A stretch of 24,638 bases of DNA. Origin: a virus. Its lineage: Duplodnaviria; Caudoviricetes. Under the pieces are notes generated by a model. That model saw nothing but the letters and a program-made list of their open reading frames with translations. It searched no databases and was not told where the DNA came from. Location of the stretch: positions 1 to 24,638 of IMG/VR virus record IMGVR_UViG_3300038559_000077, one strand, 5' to 3'. The position numbers and the translations under genes are program-made. Below, piece after piece: positions 16,166 to 24,084 of this stretch (the first letter of the stretch is position 1; each line of letters begins with the position of its first letter).

Positions 16166-16584
16166 TGGTCGCATACAGCTTCAAAAAACAATTTATTGAT
16201 CCGATATGCGTCGGTCTCGGCATACCGCGCCTTGTAGACGTTGGCCCGCTGCCAGCTCCTAAGCGGCAGACGATCCGAGCTAATCGTAAGCGCCATGCGC
16301 GGCCGGGCGAGGAACTTCAACTCTATTGCGGGATGCGGACGCGCCACTTCTCTCTCATCGGCCGCGCGCGATGCACGGCGGTCGAAGATATCCGCATGGA
16401 CTTCAACCAATGGCCGCGCGTCTACAAAGATTCTGGTCATTGCGAAGATGCGGTCTCGCTCGATGAGTTCGCCCGCCAAGACGGCTTCACAAACTGGTTC
16501 GAGTTGTTCCAATTCTGGCGGAAGGAACATGGCAACATCGTCATTTTTTCGGGCAAGCTTATCCGGTGGAAACCACTGACGTGA
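16165..16584 (+). CDS. ASCH-domain protein
   Basis: MVAYSFKKQF, KRQTIR, GEELQLYCGMRT, FARQDGF. Confidence 0.8.
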   Translation: MVAYSFKKQFIDPICVGLGIPRLVDVGPLPAPKRQTIRANRKRHARPGEELQLYCGMRTRHFSLIGRARCTAVEDIRMDFNQWPRVYKDSGHCEDAVSLDEFARQDGFTNWFELFQFWRKEHGNIVIFSGKLIRWKPLT

Positions 16585-16859
16585 CCGGCCTCATGAAATG
16601 CGAAAAGTGCGACACGCTCGGCGTCCGGGTGAAGGATAGTCGCGTGAAGCATTTCAGTGGTCATGTTGCGATCCGCCGGCGGCGCTTCTGCTCAGCATGC
16701 GGCTTCGCCTTTACGACTTATGAGGTTTCGTTGGACGTTCTGGAGAACGAGGCCAACCTCACTAGCGGCGTCCGGCTGAAGCGCGTGCGGGACCGCCTCA
16801 TCGCGGCGCTCGAAGAACTCGACGCTCCGATTGGGGTCGTCAGGGAAATCGAAGGATGA
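16581..16859 (+). CDS. NrdR-like N-terminal Zn-ribbon protein
   Basis: MKCEKC...VKDSR...IRRRRFCSACGFAFTTYE; no ATP-cone. Confidence 0.8.
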   Translation: MTGLMKCEKCDTLGVRVKDSRVKHFSGHVAIRRRRFCSACGFAFTTYEVSLDVLENEANLTSGVRLKRVRDRLIAALEELDAPIGVVREIEG

Positions 16860-17470
16860 CCAAAATTTATCCGGTTAACTTTTTTTGGCGCAAGGTCGAC
16901 ATCGTCGACCGGGACGGCGCGATCAAGACCGTCAAGGTCATGATGCCGTCGCCCCGCTACGCCGCTGCGGCCACCAAGCAATTCGTCGACGATGAGGAGT
17001 ATACGCTCGACCAAGTCGAAGAACGATCTATGGCGAGCCACTCTCATTTTTTTGCCGCGCTGAAGTCTGGTTACGACAACCTGCCGGAGCGCGTCTTCTT
17101 CCGCACCAGGACGGACGGCACCTTCGTCCTCGATGCGACCGGCAATCGGATTCCGAAGTGGCCGACGCCTGAGCATTATCGGAAGTGGTTGCTAATCGAA
17201 TGCGGCCTTTACGATGAGAAGGAGTTCCAGGAAGCCAGCCCGAAGCACGCGAAGTTGCTGGCGACCTGGATTCGGACCGAGGACGTCTATGCCAGGATAT
17301 TCGTTCGAGGTTCGGCCGTCGTCATCCAACGTGCCAAGTCACAAGCGCGGCTCGCGATGAAGAAAAAAGAATTTCAGGCGTCGAAGGAAGCCGTCCTTGC
17401 CCTCAACGACGCGCTGACTGGCGTCGCGCCTGGGACACACATGCGGGAAGCTGGGAGCGCTGCCACATGA
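16856..17470 (+). CDS. DUF1367/NinB-like phage protein
   Basis: ERSMASHSHFFA, EHYRKWLLIECG, AKSQ...MKKKEF. Confidence 0.65.
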   Translation: MTKIYPVNFFWRKVDIVDRDGAIKTVKVMMPSPRYAAAATKQFVDDEEYTLDQVEERSMASHSHFFAALKSGYDNLPERVFFRTRTDGTFVLDATGNRIPKWPTPEHYRKWLLIECGLYDEKEFQEASPKHAKLLATWIRTEDVYARIFVRGSAVVIQRAKSQARLAMKKKEFQASKEAVLALNDALTGVAPGTHMREAGSAAT

Positions 17471-17799
17471 GCCGGATTGCCGAGGCCGCTTACGGCGACG
17501 CGCCGTTGTCTTATCCGGCAGCGCCGGGATTCAAGGAACCGACGACGTCCCGGGATGTTGCTCTCGTGATCGCGGCCAACGCAGCGTTCCTCCGAGACCG
17601 GATTCTCGCTGTGATCGCCGGCTCCGGCGTTCGCGGCCTGACACCGGACGAGGCCGCAACAATCCTGGAGGAGAGCGTTCTCGCGATTCGCCCACGCTTT
17701 TCGGAACTCGGACCGAAGCACGCTGGAAAGATCGTCAAAACAGGCGAGCGCCGCGCCAACAAATCTGGATTGAAGGCGAACGCATGGAGGATCGCGTGA
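17467..17799 (+). CDS. Winged-helix DNA-binding protein
   Basis: GLTPDEAATIL...IRPRFSEL...GERRANKSG..A..W. Confidence 0.78.
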   Translation: MSRIAEAAYGDAPLSYPAAPGFKEPTTSRDVALVIAANAAFLRDRILAVIAGSGVRGLTPDEAATILEESVLAIRPRFSELGPKHAGKIVKTGERRANKSGLKANAWRIA

Positions 17800-18134
17800 C
17801 CCAGAAGATGTTCACCGATGAGCAAAAATTAAAGGCGCTCGAAACGATCATTGAGGATGAGCGGGAAGTCGCGCGCGCGCTTGGTCATAGAAACGATGAT
17901 GAGGAAACGTTGATCCTCAAGGCAATTTGCGCGGACATTCGCTCTAAATCGCCGGCCGCCATCAACAAGACGCTCGATGCCTTGGCTTTCCAAGTCAATT
18001 CCGCCACGAAGTCGAAAGCGCGGATCGGCCACGTCGATGTCGGCCACCTTCAAGCGGTCGCGGAATGCGTCATCGCGCACTGGGAAGTCATCAGATTGGC
18101 GCTGGAAAATATCAAACAGGAAGCTGCATCATGA
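17796..18134 (+). CDS. Hypothetical protein
   Basis: GTGA overlap; GGAGG RBS. Confidence 0.65.
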   Translation: MTQKMFTDEQKLKALETIIEDEREVARALGHRNDDEETLILKAICADIRSKSPAAINKTLDALAFQVNSATKSKARIGHVDVGHLQAVAECVIAHWEVIRLALENIKQEAAS

Positions 18135-18943
18135 CGAAGGTATTGATCCCCGAGGCTGCGCTCGACAAGCACATCGCGTTCCTCGGCGCGACCGGCAGCG
18201 GCAAGACCAGCGTGGTCAAGGCGATGATCATCGAGCCGGCGCTCGACCGCGACGAGCGCGTCGTCATCGTCGACCCGACCGCGGCGTACTGGGGCCTCCG
18301 GCTCAGCAGGACGGGCAAGAGCGCCGGGCACGCCATCCCGATCTTCGGCGGCGACCACGCCGACTACCCGCTCAACGTCAAGGACGCGGCCGCTCCAATC
18401 GTCCGGCAGGCGACGCAACCAAACCCGAAAACCGTCCCGGTTCGTCCACCAAAGACGAACCTTTCCGACGATCATTTGCCGGGGCCGGAGCGACGCATCA
18501 TCAACGCCTTGGCATCGTGGAAAATTATGGGCCACCCCGCACCGAACAACGCCCAGGTGGCTTGGCTGGCCGGCTACAGCCCGAAATCTACCGGTTATAC
18601 CAACCCGCGCTCCGGGCTGCGGACGAAAGGTTTGCTCGAATATCCTTCCCGCGATCAGGTCGCCCTGACGCCGGACGGCGCCGCAATTGCGGTCGGCGAG
18701 AGGCCTCCAGGCGTTCTGCTTGATCACGTCGTCCGGCTGTTGCCAGGACCGGAAGGCCGCATCCTCGTCGCGGTTGCCGCCCGTCACCCCGACGCGGTTC
18801 CGAACGCCATCGCCGCGGAGGACGCCGGCTACTCGCCGACGTCGACCGGCTACACCAACCCCCGCAGCTCGCTCCGAACCAAATCCCTGATCGACTATCC
18901 GGGCCGCGACATGGTGCGCGCGGCCGACTGGCTGTTCCAATGA
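18131..18943 (+). CDS. HerA/DUF87-like P-loop ATPase fragment fused to tandem wHTH-like repeats (apparent internal deletion)
   Basis: HIAFLGATGSGKT, VVIVDPTAAYWGLR, IFGGDHAD; no Walker B; two LPGPE...GYSP.STGYTNPRS.LRTK.L..YP repeats. Confidence 0.75.
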   Translation: MTKVLIPEAALDKHIAFLGATGSGKTSVVKAMIIEPALDRDERVVIVDPTAAYWGLRLSRTGKSAGHAIPIFGGDHADYPLNVKDAAAPIVRQATQPNPKTVPVRPPKTNLSDDHLPGPERRIINALASWKIMGHPAPNNAQVAWLAGYSPKSTGYTNPRSGLRTKGLLEYPSRDQVALTPDGAAIAVGERPPGVLLDHVVRLLPGPEGRILVAVAARHPDAVPNAIAAEDAGYSPTSTGYTNPRSSLRTKSLIDYPGRDMVRAADWLFQ

Positions 18944-19146
18944 GCGCCGCGGACGAGGTCGCCGGCTCCCTGAACGGTCAATGGCGGAACCCCCGCGCCG
19001 TGCGGGACGCCCTCGGCTGCTGGTCCGTGGGGCGCGTCCGGCAGGTCCTGGGCGAGATGGCGAAGGCCGGGGCGGCGGAGACGCGCGTGGTGCCGTTCAA
19101 GAACTGGACGACCGTCGAGTACCGGATCCCGGGAGGCCGGCCGTGA
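18940..19146 (+). CDS. Hypothetical wHTH-like protein
   Basis: ATGA overlap; VRQVLGEMAKAG. Confidence 0.6.
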   Translation: MSAADEVAGSLNGQWRNPRAVRDALGCWSVGRVRQVLGEMAKAGAAETRVVPFKNWTTVEYRIPGGRP

Positions 19147-19784
19147 GGGGGGGAACCTTGCGCCAGCGGGAGCCGCGGCAGGAGGACAAGGCTTTCCTGG
19201 CCTTCGTCCGGACGCAGCCGTGCTGCGGCTGCGGTCAGTGGCCGCCGGTCCAGGCGGCTCACCTTCGGCGGGCGTGCCCCGAGCGCGGAAAACGGGAAAC
19301 CGGCGGCGGGGAGACCGCAAGTGACCGTTGGGCCGTTCCCCTTTGCACGCGGTGCCATCTCGATGCGCCGGATAGCCTTCACCGAACCAGCGAGAAGGGA
19401 TTCTTCCGCCGGATCGGCGTCGATCCGTTTGCGCTCGCGGCCGCGCTCTATGCAGAATTTGAGAACCCGAACCGAATCGTCGTCACCGGACCGCCGGTCG
19501 ACAGCATCGACAAGGTCACGTTCTTTCCGTGCGGGAACGCAAGCCGCGCACCGAGAAGGCCGTCCCAGGTCAAGCGCACTTCCGATTCTGGCGTCAAGGT
19601 TAGGTGCCCAAAGCGGAAGAAAGCCGACCGCCCGCGCCTCTATTCAGTCGGCGTATCTGATTCTGGCAAAATTAGCCTCCGTTTTGCCGTTACCAAATCG
19701 GCGCCGAAAATGAAGTCGCGACCGCTCCGGAGCGCCAGCAGATGGCCGAAGGGCCGGAAGATCAACGGGAGGAAATCGCCATGA
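19143..19784 (+). CDS. DUF968-like (HNH-fold, Zn-binding) protein with basic tail
   Basis: FLAFVRTQPCCGCG, AAH, SDRWAVPLCTRCH. Confidence 0.78.
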   Translation: MRGGTLRQREPRQEDKAFLAFVRTQPCCGCGQWPPVQAAHLRRACPERGKRETGGGETASDRWAVPLCTRCHLDAPDSLHRTSEKGFFRRIGVDPFALAAALYAEFENPNRIVVTGPPVDSIDKVTFFPCGNASRAPRRPSQVKRTSDSGVKVRCPKRKKADRPRLYSVGVSDSGKISLRFAVTKSAPKMKSRPLRSASRWPKGRKINGRKSP

Positions 19785-19972
19785 CGCCAGAGGAAATCGC
19801 CGGGCTGTTCGTCGCCGAATCGATGCGCCAATACAAGAAGCGAGGAATGGCGACCGACGATAAATCATCGAACCGGATGTTCGCCGAGATCATTGGCGCT
19901 GCGCTCGCGGAAGTTCTGTCCCAGCTTCGGCAGGAACCCGACGCGCCGAAAGAAAGGGAGAAAACGCGATGA
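19781..19972 (+). CDS. Hypothetical protein
   Basis: GGAGG RBS; ATGA overlap. Confidence 0.6.
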   Translation: MTPEEIAGLFVAESMRQYKKRGMATDDKSSNRMFAEIIGAALAEVLSQLRQEPDAPKEREKTR

Positions 19973-20151
19973 GCAAGTCTATAGGCCCGCGCGAGCAGGC
20001 GCTGCGAGACCTGCGAGAGCGACTCGCTTCCCGTCGTCCCGTCGCATTGCCTTCGGACAAAGAACTGGCCGCAGGGTTGGCGGCCAAGCTGCCGGCGACG
20101 TCGGGCAAGAAGCCGGTGAAGCGGAAGGCGAAGAAAAGGGCGAAGCGATGA
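19969..20151 (+). CDS. Small basic protein (GPREQALRDLRE motif)
   Basis: ATGA overlap; N-terminus shared with 5645-5908. Confidence 0.65.
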   Translation: MSKSIGPREQALRDLRERLASRRPVALPSDKELAAGLAAKLPATSGKKPVKRKAKKRAKR

Positions 20152-20357
20152 TGCGCAGAGCCGTTTTGATAAACGAGCGCGACGTCCGCCTCGGGACGCT
20201 CGACGTTGGCCCGGCAACGCTCGTCGTCCGCCACGGCGGATCGACCTTCGTCCGAACTGGCGAGACGATCAGGCTCAAGCCCGCTCACCGCGCGCTGGTC
20301 GACGTCTTCGTCGAGACCGAGGTCTACGTCCGGAACAACCTGGAGCCGATCCCATGA
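20148..20357 (+). CDS. Hypothetical protein
   Basis: ATGA overlap. Confidence 0.6.
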   Translation: MMRRAVLINERDVRLGTLDVGPATLVVRHGGSTFVRTGETIRLKPAHRALVDVFVETEVYVRNNLEPIP

Positions 20358-20446
20358 CCACGATTCATATACCAAACGGTACGGAGCCTTGTGAGCACAA
20401 ACAACAGTTTATCCGAAACGGAGAGAGTTCGAAGTACGGAGCTTAA

Positions 20447-21082
20447 ATGTTGGAACGGTTGAAAGAGCGCAGCGGCAGTACGCTCCAATTCCGTTCCGAT
20501 GTGTGTGATGCCGGACGCGATTTAGTTCTCCGCTACCACTACTCAAAAACATTTCATCCGGTCTATGTCATCATGGGAACCGCTCATAAAAATGGAGAAT
20601 GTATCGCGGCTTGTTGCTTTCGGACGCCTCCTGCAAAATGGAAGTACCCGGTGCTTGAACTGGCGCGGCTCGTGAGAAAAGAGGGTGCGGAAGTCCCATT
20701 GTCGTGGCTAATCAGCCAGACGGTGCGGGTGGTGAGGGCGGCGGCGGTCTATGACTTACTGGTTTCCTATGCCGACAAAACTCACAAGCACCACGGTGGC
20801 ATCTATCAAGCCGCCTCGTGGTTCTATAGCGGCGATACAGGCAGGCAAAACGACGGACTCATAGTCGATGGTCAATTCATCGCTGGGCGAGCCTGCAACA
20901 ATATGTTCGGGACTAGGAGCGCCACGAAGCTGCGTGGTATGTTCCCGCAGCGATCTTTTGAAATTCATTGGGGCGAAGGGAAGCATCTATATTGGCGACC
21001 GCTGACTAAAAAAGCGGAACAGGCAGCTAGAGAACTTGGACTGAAAAAGTTGCCTTACCCCAAACCCGACCTAACAAATTAG
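20447..21082 (+). CDS. mom: Mom-family adenine-modification (GNAT-fold) protein
   Basis: YHYS, LELARLV, LSWLISQ, LVSYAD..H.HHGGIYQAASWFYSG, GKHLY, LPYPK. Confidence 0.82.
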   Translation: MLERLKERSGSTLQFRSDVCDAGRDLVLRYHYSKTFHPVYVIMGTAHKNGECIAACCFRTPPAKWKYPVLELARLVRKEGAEVPLSWLISQTVRVVRAAAVYDLLVSYADKTHKHHGGIYQAASWFYSGDTGRQNDGLIVDGQFIAGRACNNMFGTRSATKLRGMFPQRSFEIHWGEGKHLYWRPLTKKAEQAARELGLKKLPYPKPDLTN

Positions 21083-21091
21083 GAGCCGCGC

Positions 21092-21718
21092 GTGATTGCT
21101 GCGCTCTACGTCGAAAAGGATGGCTGCTACTACGGCTTGCCCGGCGTCGATCCGTGGGATTTGGAGCGTGACGCGCGGCGCTATGCTGGCCCTTGGCCGG
21201 TCGTGGCGCACCCGGATTGCAAACGTTGGGGTCGCTTCTGGCACGGTTCTACGCGCAAGCCGCACCAGTTCAAGCTTGGCGACGATGGCGGATGCTTCGC
21301 CGCCGCACTTGCCGCCGTGCGCCGGTGGAGCGGTGTGCTTGAGCATCCGGCCGATAGCCGCGCTTGGTCGGCCTTCAATCTTAATGCGCCGCCGCGTGAG
21401 GGCGGATGGATCGCCGCCGACATGCACGGCGGCTGGACATGCTGCGTGTCTCAAGGTCACTACGGCCATATGGCCGGCAAGCGAACTTGGCTCTATGCAT
21501 GTGGCGTCGAATTGCCGGAATTGCGGTGGGGCGATTGTGAGCAACGTCTGCACCCGACCGCGCTCGCCAAGTACGGCTACGCGAAAGCTCGGCGCATCGG
21601 CATGATGGCGATGGTCGGTGGCAAGGATAAAACGAAAATCCGAAACGCCACGCCGCCAGAATTTCGGGATTTGTTAATTTCAATCGCGCGGACTGCCGCT
21701 CGTTCGGCAGCCGCTTAG
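21092..21718 (+). CDS. Minimal C5 DNA-methyltransferase-like phage protein
   Basis: VVAHPDC (PC-like), VLEHP (ENV-like), YGH..KRTWLY, TPPEFRDLL; AGGAG RBS. Confidence 0.65.
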   Translation: MIAALYVEKDGCYYGLPGVDPWDLERDARRYAGPWPVVAHPDCKRWGRFWHGSTRKPHQFKLGDDGGCFAAALAAVRRWSGVLEHPADSRAWSAFNLNAPPREGGWIAADMHGGWTCCVSQGHYGHMAGKRTWLYACGVELPELRWGDCEQRLHPTALAKYGYAKARRIGMMAMVGGKDKTKIRNATPPEFRDLLISIARTAARSAAA

Positions 21719-21860
21719 ATATGCAGGAGCGAATCCGCTGGCTAGTCAGCGGTAGGGTACGGGTGGTGACAGCGCGCCGGTTATAACAAGCGGTCTGCGC
21801 CACCCGGCCCGATTATCAGAACAGGAACTTAATACTGGTCTAAAAACGAAAGCAGGACTG

Positions 21861-22058
21861 ATGACAAAGCCAATCATTAATTTTGGGGCCTCGCAAGTCG
21901 AAGCCGTCGCGCGAACACTTATTGGCGTGGTTAAGGCGAGCGAGCGCGAGGAAAAACGACGAATGGAAAAGGCAACTCTCTCGCTTGAAGTCTCGCTGAC
22001 TGGCGGCGGGACGGAAACGTGGGAGATCACGATCGAGCGCACAGCATCGAGTCATTGA
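21861..22058 (+). CDS. Hypothetical protein
   Basis: AGGA RBS; 65 aa. Confidence 0.6.
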   Translation: MTKPIINFGASQVEAVARTLIGVVKASEREEKRRMEKATLSLEVSLTGGGTETWEITIERTASSH

Positions 22059-22060
22059 CT

Positions 22061-22282
22061 ATGACCAAAAAACAGAAATGGGCCGAGTATCACCGCATCC
22101 TCCGCGTCCTTTATAGCACGTGCTGGGATTGCGAACGTCCATGCTGCCAGTGCCAAGCATGGGCCAGAGCCAAGGCGTTCGGGCGCGAGCCGACCTGCGA
22201 TTTTGCTGAGGCGTGCGCCGAGGCATACGAAGCGTCGATGGAAATGCAGCGGCGCGGAACGTCAATCCTGATCGGATTGTAG
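22061..22282 (+). CDS. Cys-rich hypothetical protein
   Basis: CWDCERPCCQC. Confidence 0.55.
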   Translation: MTKKQKWAEYHRILRVLYSTCWDCERPCCQCQAWARAKAFGREPTCDFAEACAEAYEASMEMQRRGTSILIGL

Positions 22283-22381
22283 GAGGCATATTCCATGCCA
22301 GAAATGGAGAATGTTTTTGAGTTCCTTTCCCTTGGTTATCCGAACCCGCTGCGCGTCCCGCAGCATCGTTGAGGAAACGAA

Positions 22382-22600
22382 ATGACCCGCTTGCTCATCA
22401 TGGCCGTGGTCGTCGGCTTCACCTTCGGCGTCATCGGCGCGCCGATCTTCAACCCGCCGCCGCTCGCCTACTTCGTCACCGACGCGGCCCACCTGTCCAT
22501 CTGCGACGGCGCGACGATCACCATGACCGTCAGGAAGGGTCTGATCGGCCAAGCCCAGCAACCCGTCGTCCCGAGGTTCGGGATCGCGGCTCAGCGTTGA
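22382..22600 (+). CDS. Small exported or membrane protein
   Basis: GAGGA RBS; hydrophobic N-terminus. Confidence 0.6.
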   Translation: MTRLLIMAVVVGFTFGVIGAPIFNPPPLAYFVTDAAHLSICDGATITMTVRKGLIGQAQQPVVPRFGIAAQR

Positions 22601-22637
22601 AAAGAACGCGGGCGCCGGAGTGATCCGACGCCCGCGT
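22599..22637 (-). terminator. Rho-independent terminator at the convergence point
   Basis: ACGCGGGCGTCGGA-tcac-TCCGGCGCCCGCGT then TCTTTT on the minus strand. Confidence 0.75.
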
Positions 22638-22726
22638 GGGGGCTTCCATCCTGAGGAAAACTCTACGCAACGCTGCGTGCTCGCGTCGGCCTTTTACTAG
22701 ATCGGAACCCTGGGCGCAAGCCCTCT

Positions 22727-22861
22727 TCAACCCGCCGGCGGCGGTGTCAGCCATCCGTGGGTCGGCGGCGGCCGGTCCGCCTGCTCCATGTGGATCGCTA
22801 TCAGCAGCGCGGCCACGACGATCCCGGCACCGATCAGCCCGACGGCGACGGCGGCGGTCAC
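22727..22861 (-). CDS. 44 aa single-TM protein
   Basis: GTGA overlap with the transglycosylase stop; AVAVGLIGAGIVVAALLIAI. Confidence 0.55.
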   Translation of the reverse strand: MTAAVAVGLIGAGIVVAALLIAIHMEQADRPPPTHGWLTPPPAG

Positions 22862-23862
22862 GACTTGGCGTAGTGCGCGTGGCGCCAACGTCGGCGGGCG
22901 TAGCGCGGCCGCGCCGCCGCCTGATGGTGAGATGCCACGGTCGCTCCGGTGAAGTCGGCGACGCGCGATCGCCACATCTCGACGAACGCGCCGGAGGTCA
23001 GGTTCTCCACCGACCGCCAGAGGCGCTTGATCGCGGGAAGCGTGTTTCCCCAGATCGCGCGCTTGCACCATCCCTCACCCTTCTGCTTGCCCTCGTCGGT
23101 CGCGCACATCGAGCGCCACGCGAGCCGCTCGGGATGGGCGACGTGCTCGGCGGCTCCCTGCTCGCCCTGCTGGTGGATCAGGTAGAGGTCGCTGAAGGTC
23201 GGGATCTTGCCCGTCGCGCTCTCGAACTCGACGGCCTCGACGACGAACTTGAAGGCGGCGGCGACCGCGTTGTCCCGGGCGTTCGTGATCGAGCCGGCTC
23301 CGTACTTGTCGAACTCGTGCCGGCTGAGCTGGAAGAGCCCGACGTAGGACCCGGTCCGCTGCGTCGGCTGGAAGTCCGACTCGATCCTGGCAACGGTCCG
23401 CATGAACCGGCGGTCCAGCCCGAAAGCGTCGGCGGCGCGGTCGACCTCCTCCCGGGGGGAGCCGACCGGGATCGGCTTGAGCTCGGCCAGGGCGATCAGC
23501 GCCGGCTTCTCCGGGACCGATTCGGCGTAGGCGTAGTCGGCCAGGATCGTCGGTCTCACGATCGGCGCGCCGTCGGCCGGGGACGGGGCCTCCGCCGAAG
23601 CGATCGGCCGGGGAGCAGGCTTCGTCGCTTCCAGAGGAACGCTCACCGGCGGCCGCCTGCGGGCCGTGGCGGGCCGTTTCCAGCGATGCCGGGCGGCGCG
23701 GAGCCGGTGGGGGACCGCCGAAACGGCGTCCGGGTGGTACGTCGCCCAGGTCGCCGCGTCGAGATAGTCCTGGACCGCCGCCGGCGGGTGAGATCGTGCC
23801 GCCGCCGCCCCGCATAAGATTTGCATAAAAACGGCCGCGATCGCGAAGGTCGTGATCTTCAT
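22858..23862 (-). CDS. Secreted SLT-type lytic transglycosylase
   Basis: Signal peptide; VARIES.F.P, YVGLFQL, N...AA, LYLIHQQG. Confidence 0.87.
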   Translation of the reverse strand: MKITTFAIAAVFMQILCGAAAARSHPPAAVQDYLDAATWATYHPDAVSAVPHRLRAARHRWKRPATARRRPPVSVPLEATKPAPRPIASAEAPSPADGAPIVRPTILADYAYAESVPEKPALIALAELKPIPVGSPREEVDRAADAFGLDRRFMRTVARIESDFQPTQRTGSYVGLFQLSRHEFDKYGAGSITNARDNAVAAAFKFVVEAVEFESATGKIPTFSDLYLIHQQGEQGAAEHVAHPERLAWRSMCATDEGKQKGEGWCKRAIWGNTLPAIKRLWRSVENLTSGAFVEMWRSRVADFTGATVASHHQAAARPRYARRRWRHAHYAKS

Positions 23863-23877
23863 CGGGGGTTTCTCTCC

Positions 23878-24084
23878 TCAGTAGATTCCGAAGAACATCC
23901 TCATCCCGGCACCGACGCCGCTGCCGAACACGTCGTTGATGCCGCCCCACAGGACCGTCATGTCCGCCGCGAGGAGGCCGAAGCCGATCGCTTGTCGTCT
24001 GACGGGCTGATCCCAACCGAGCAGCAGCGTCATCCCCAAGGGAAGACCGATCACCGTCGCGGCGAAGCTGACGGCCGGGCTCAT
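23878..24084 (-). CDS. 68 aa membrane protein
   Basis: ATGA overlap with the peptidase stop; hydrophobic segments. Confidence 0.6.
   Translation of the reverse strand: MSPAVSFAATVIGLPLGMTLLLGWDQPVRRQAIGFGLLAADMTVLWGGINDVFGSGVGAGMRMFFGIY

Noticed and set aside
16581-16859. Bona fide nrdR
   Set aside because: Only the Zn-ribbon is present; no ATP-cone
21846-21865. GAAA...CTGATGA hammerhead-like core
   Set aside because: Only 6 nt between the elements and no stems; overlaps an RBS and start codon
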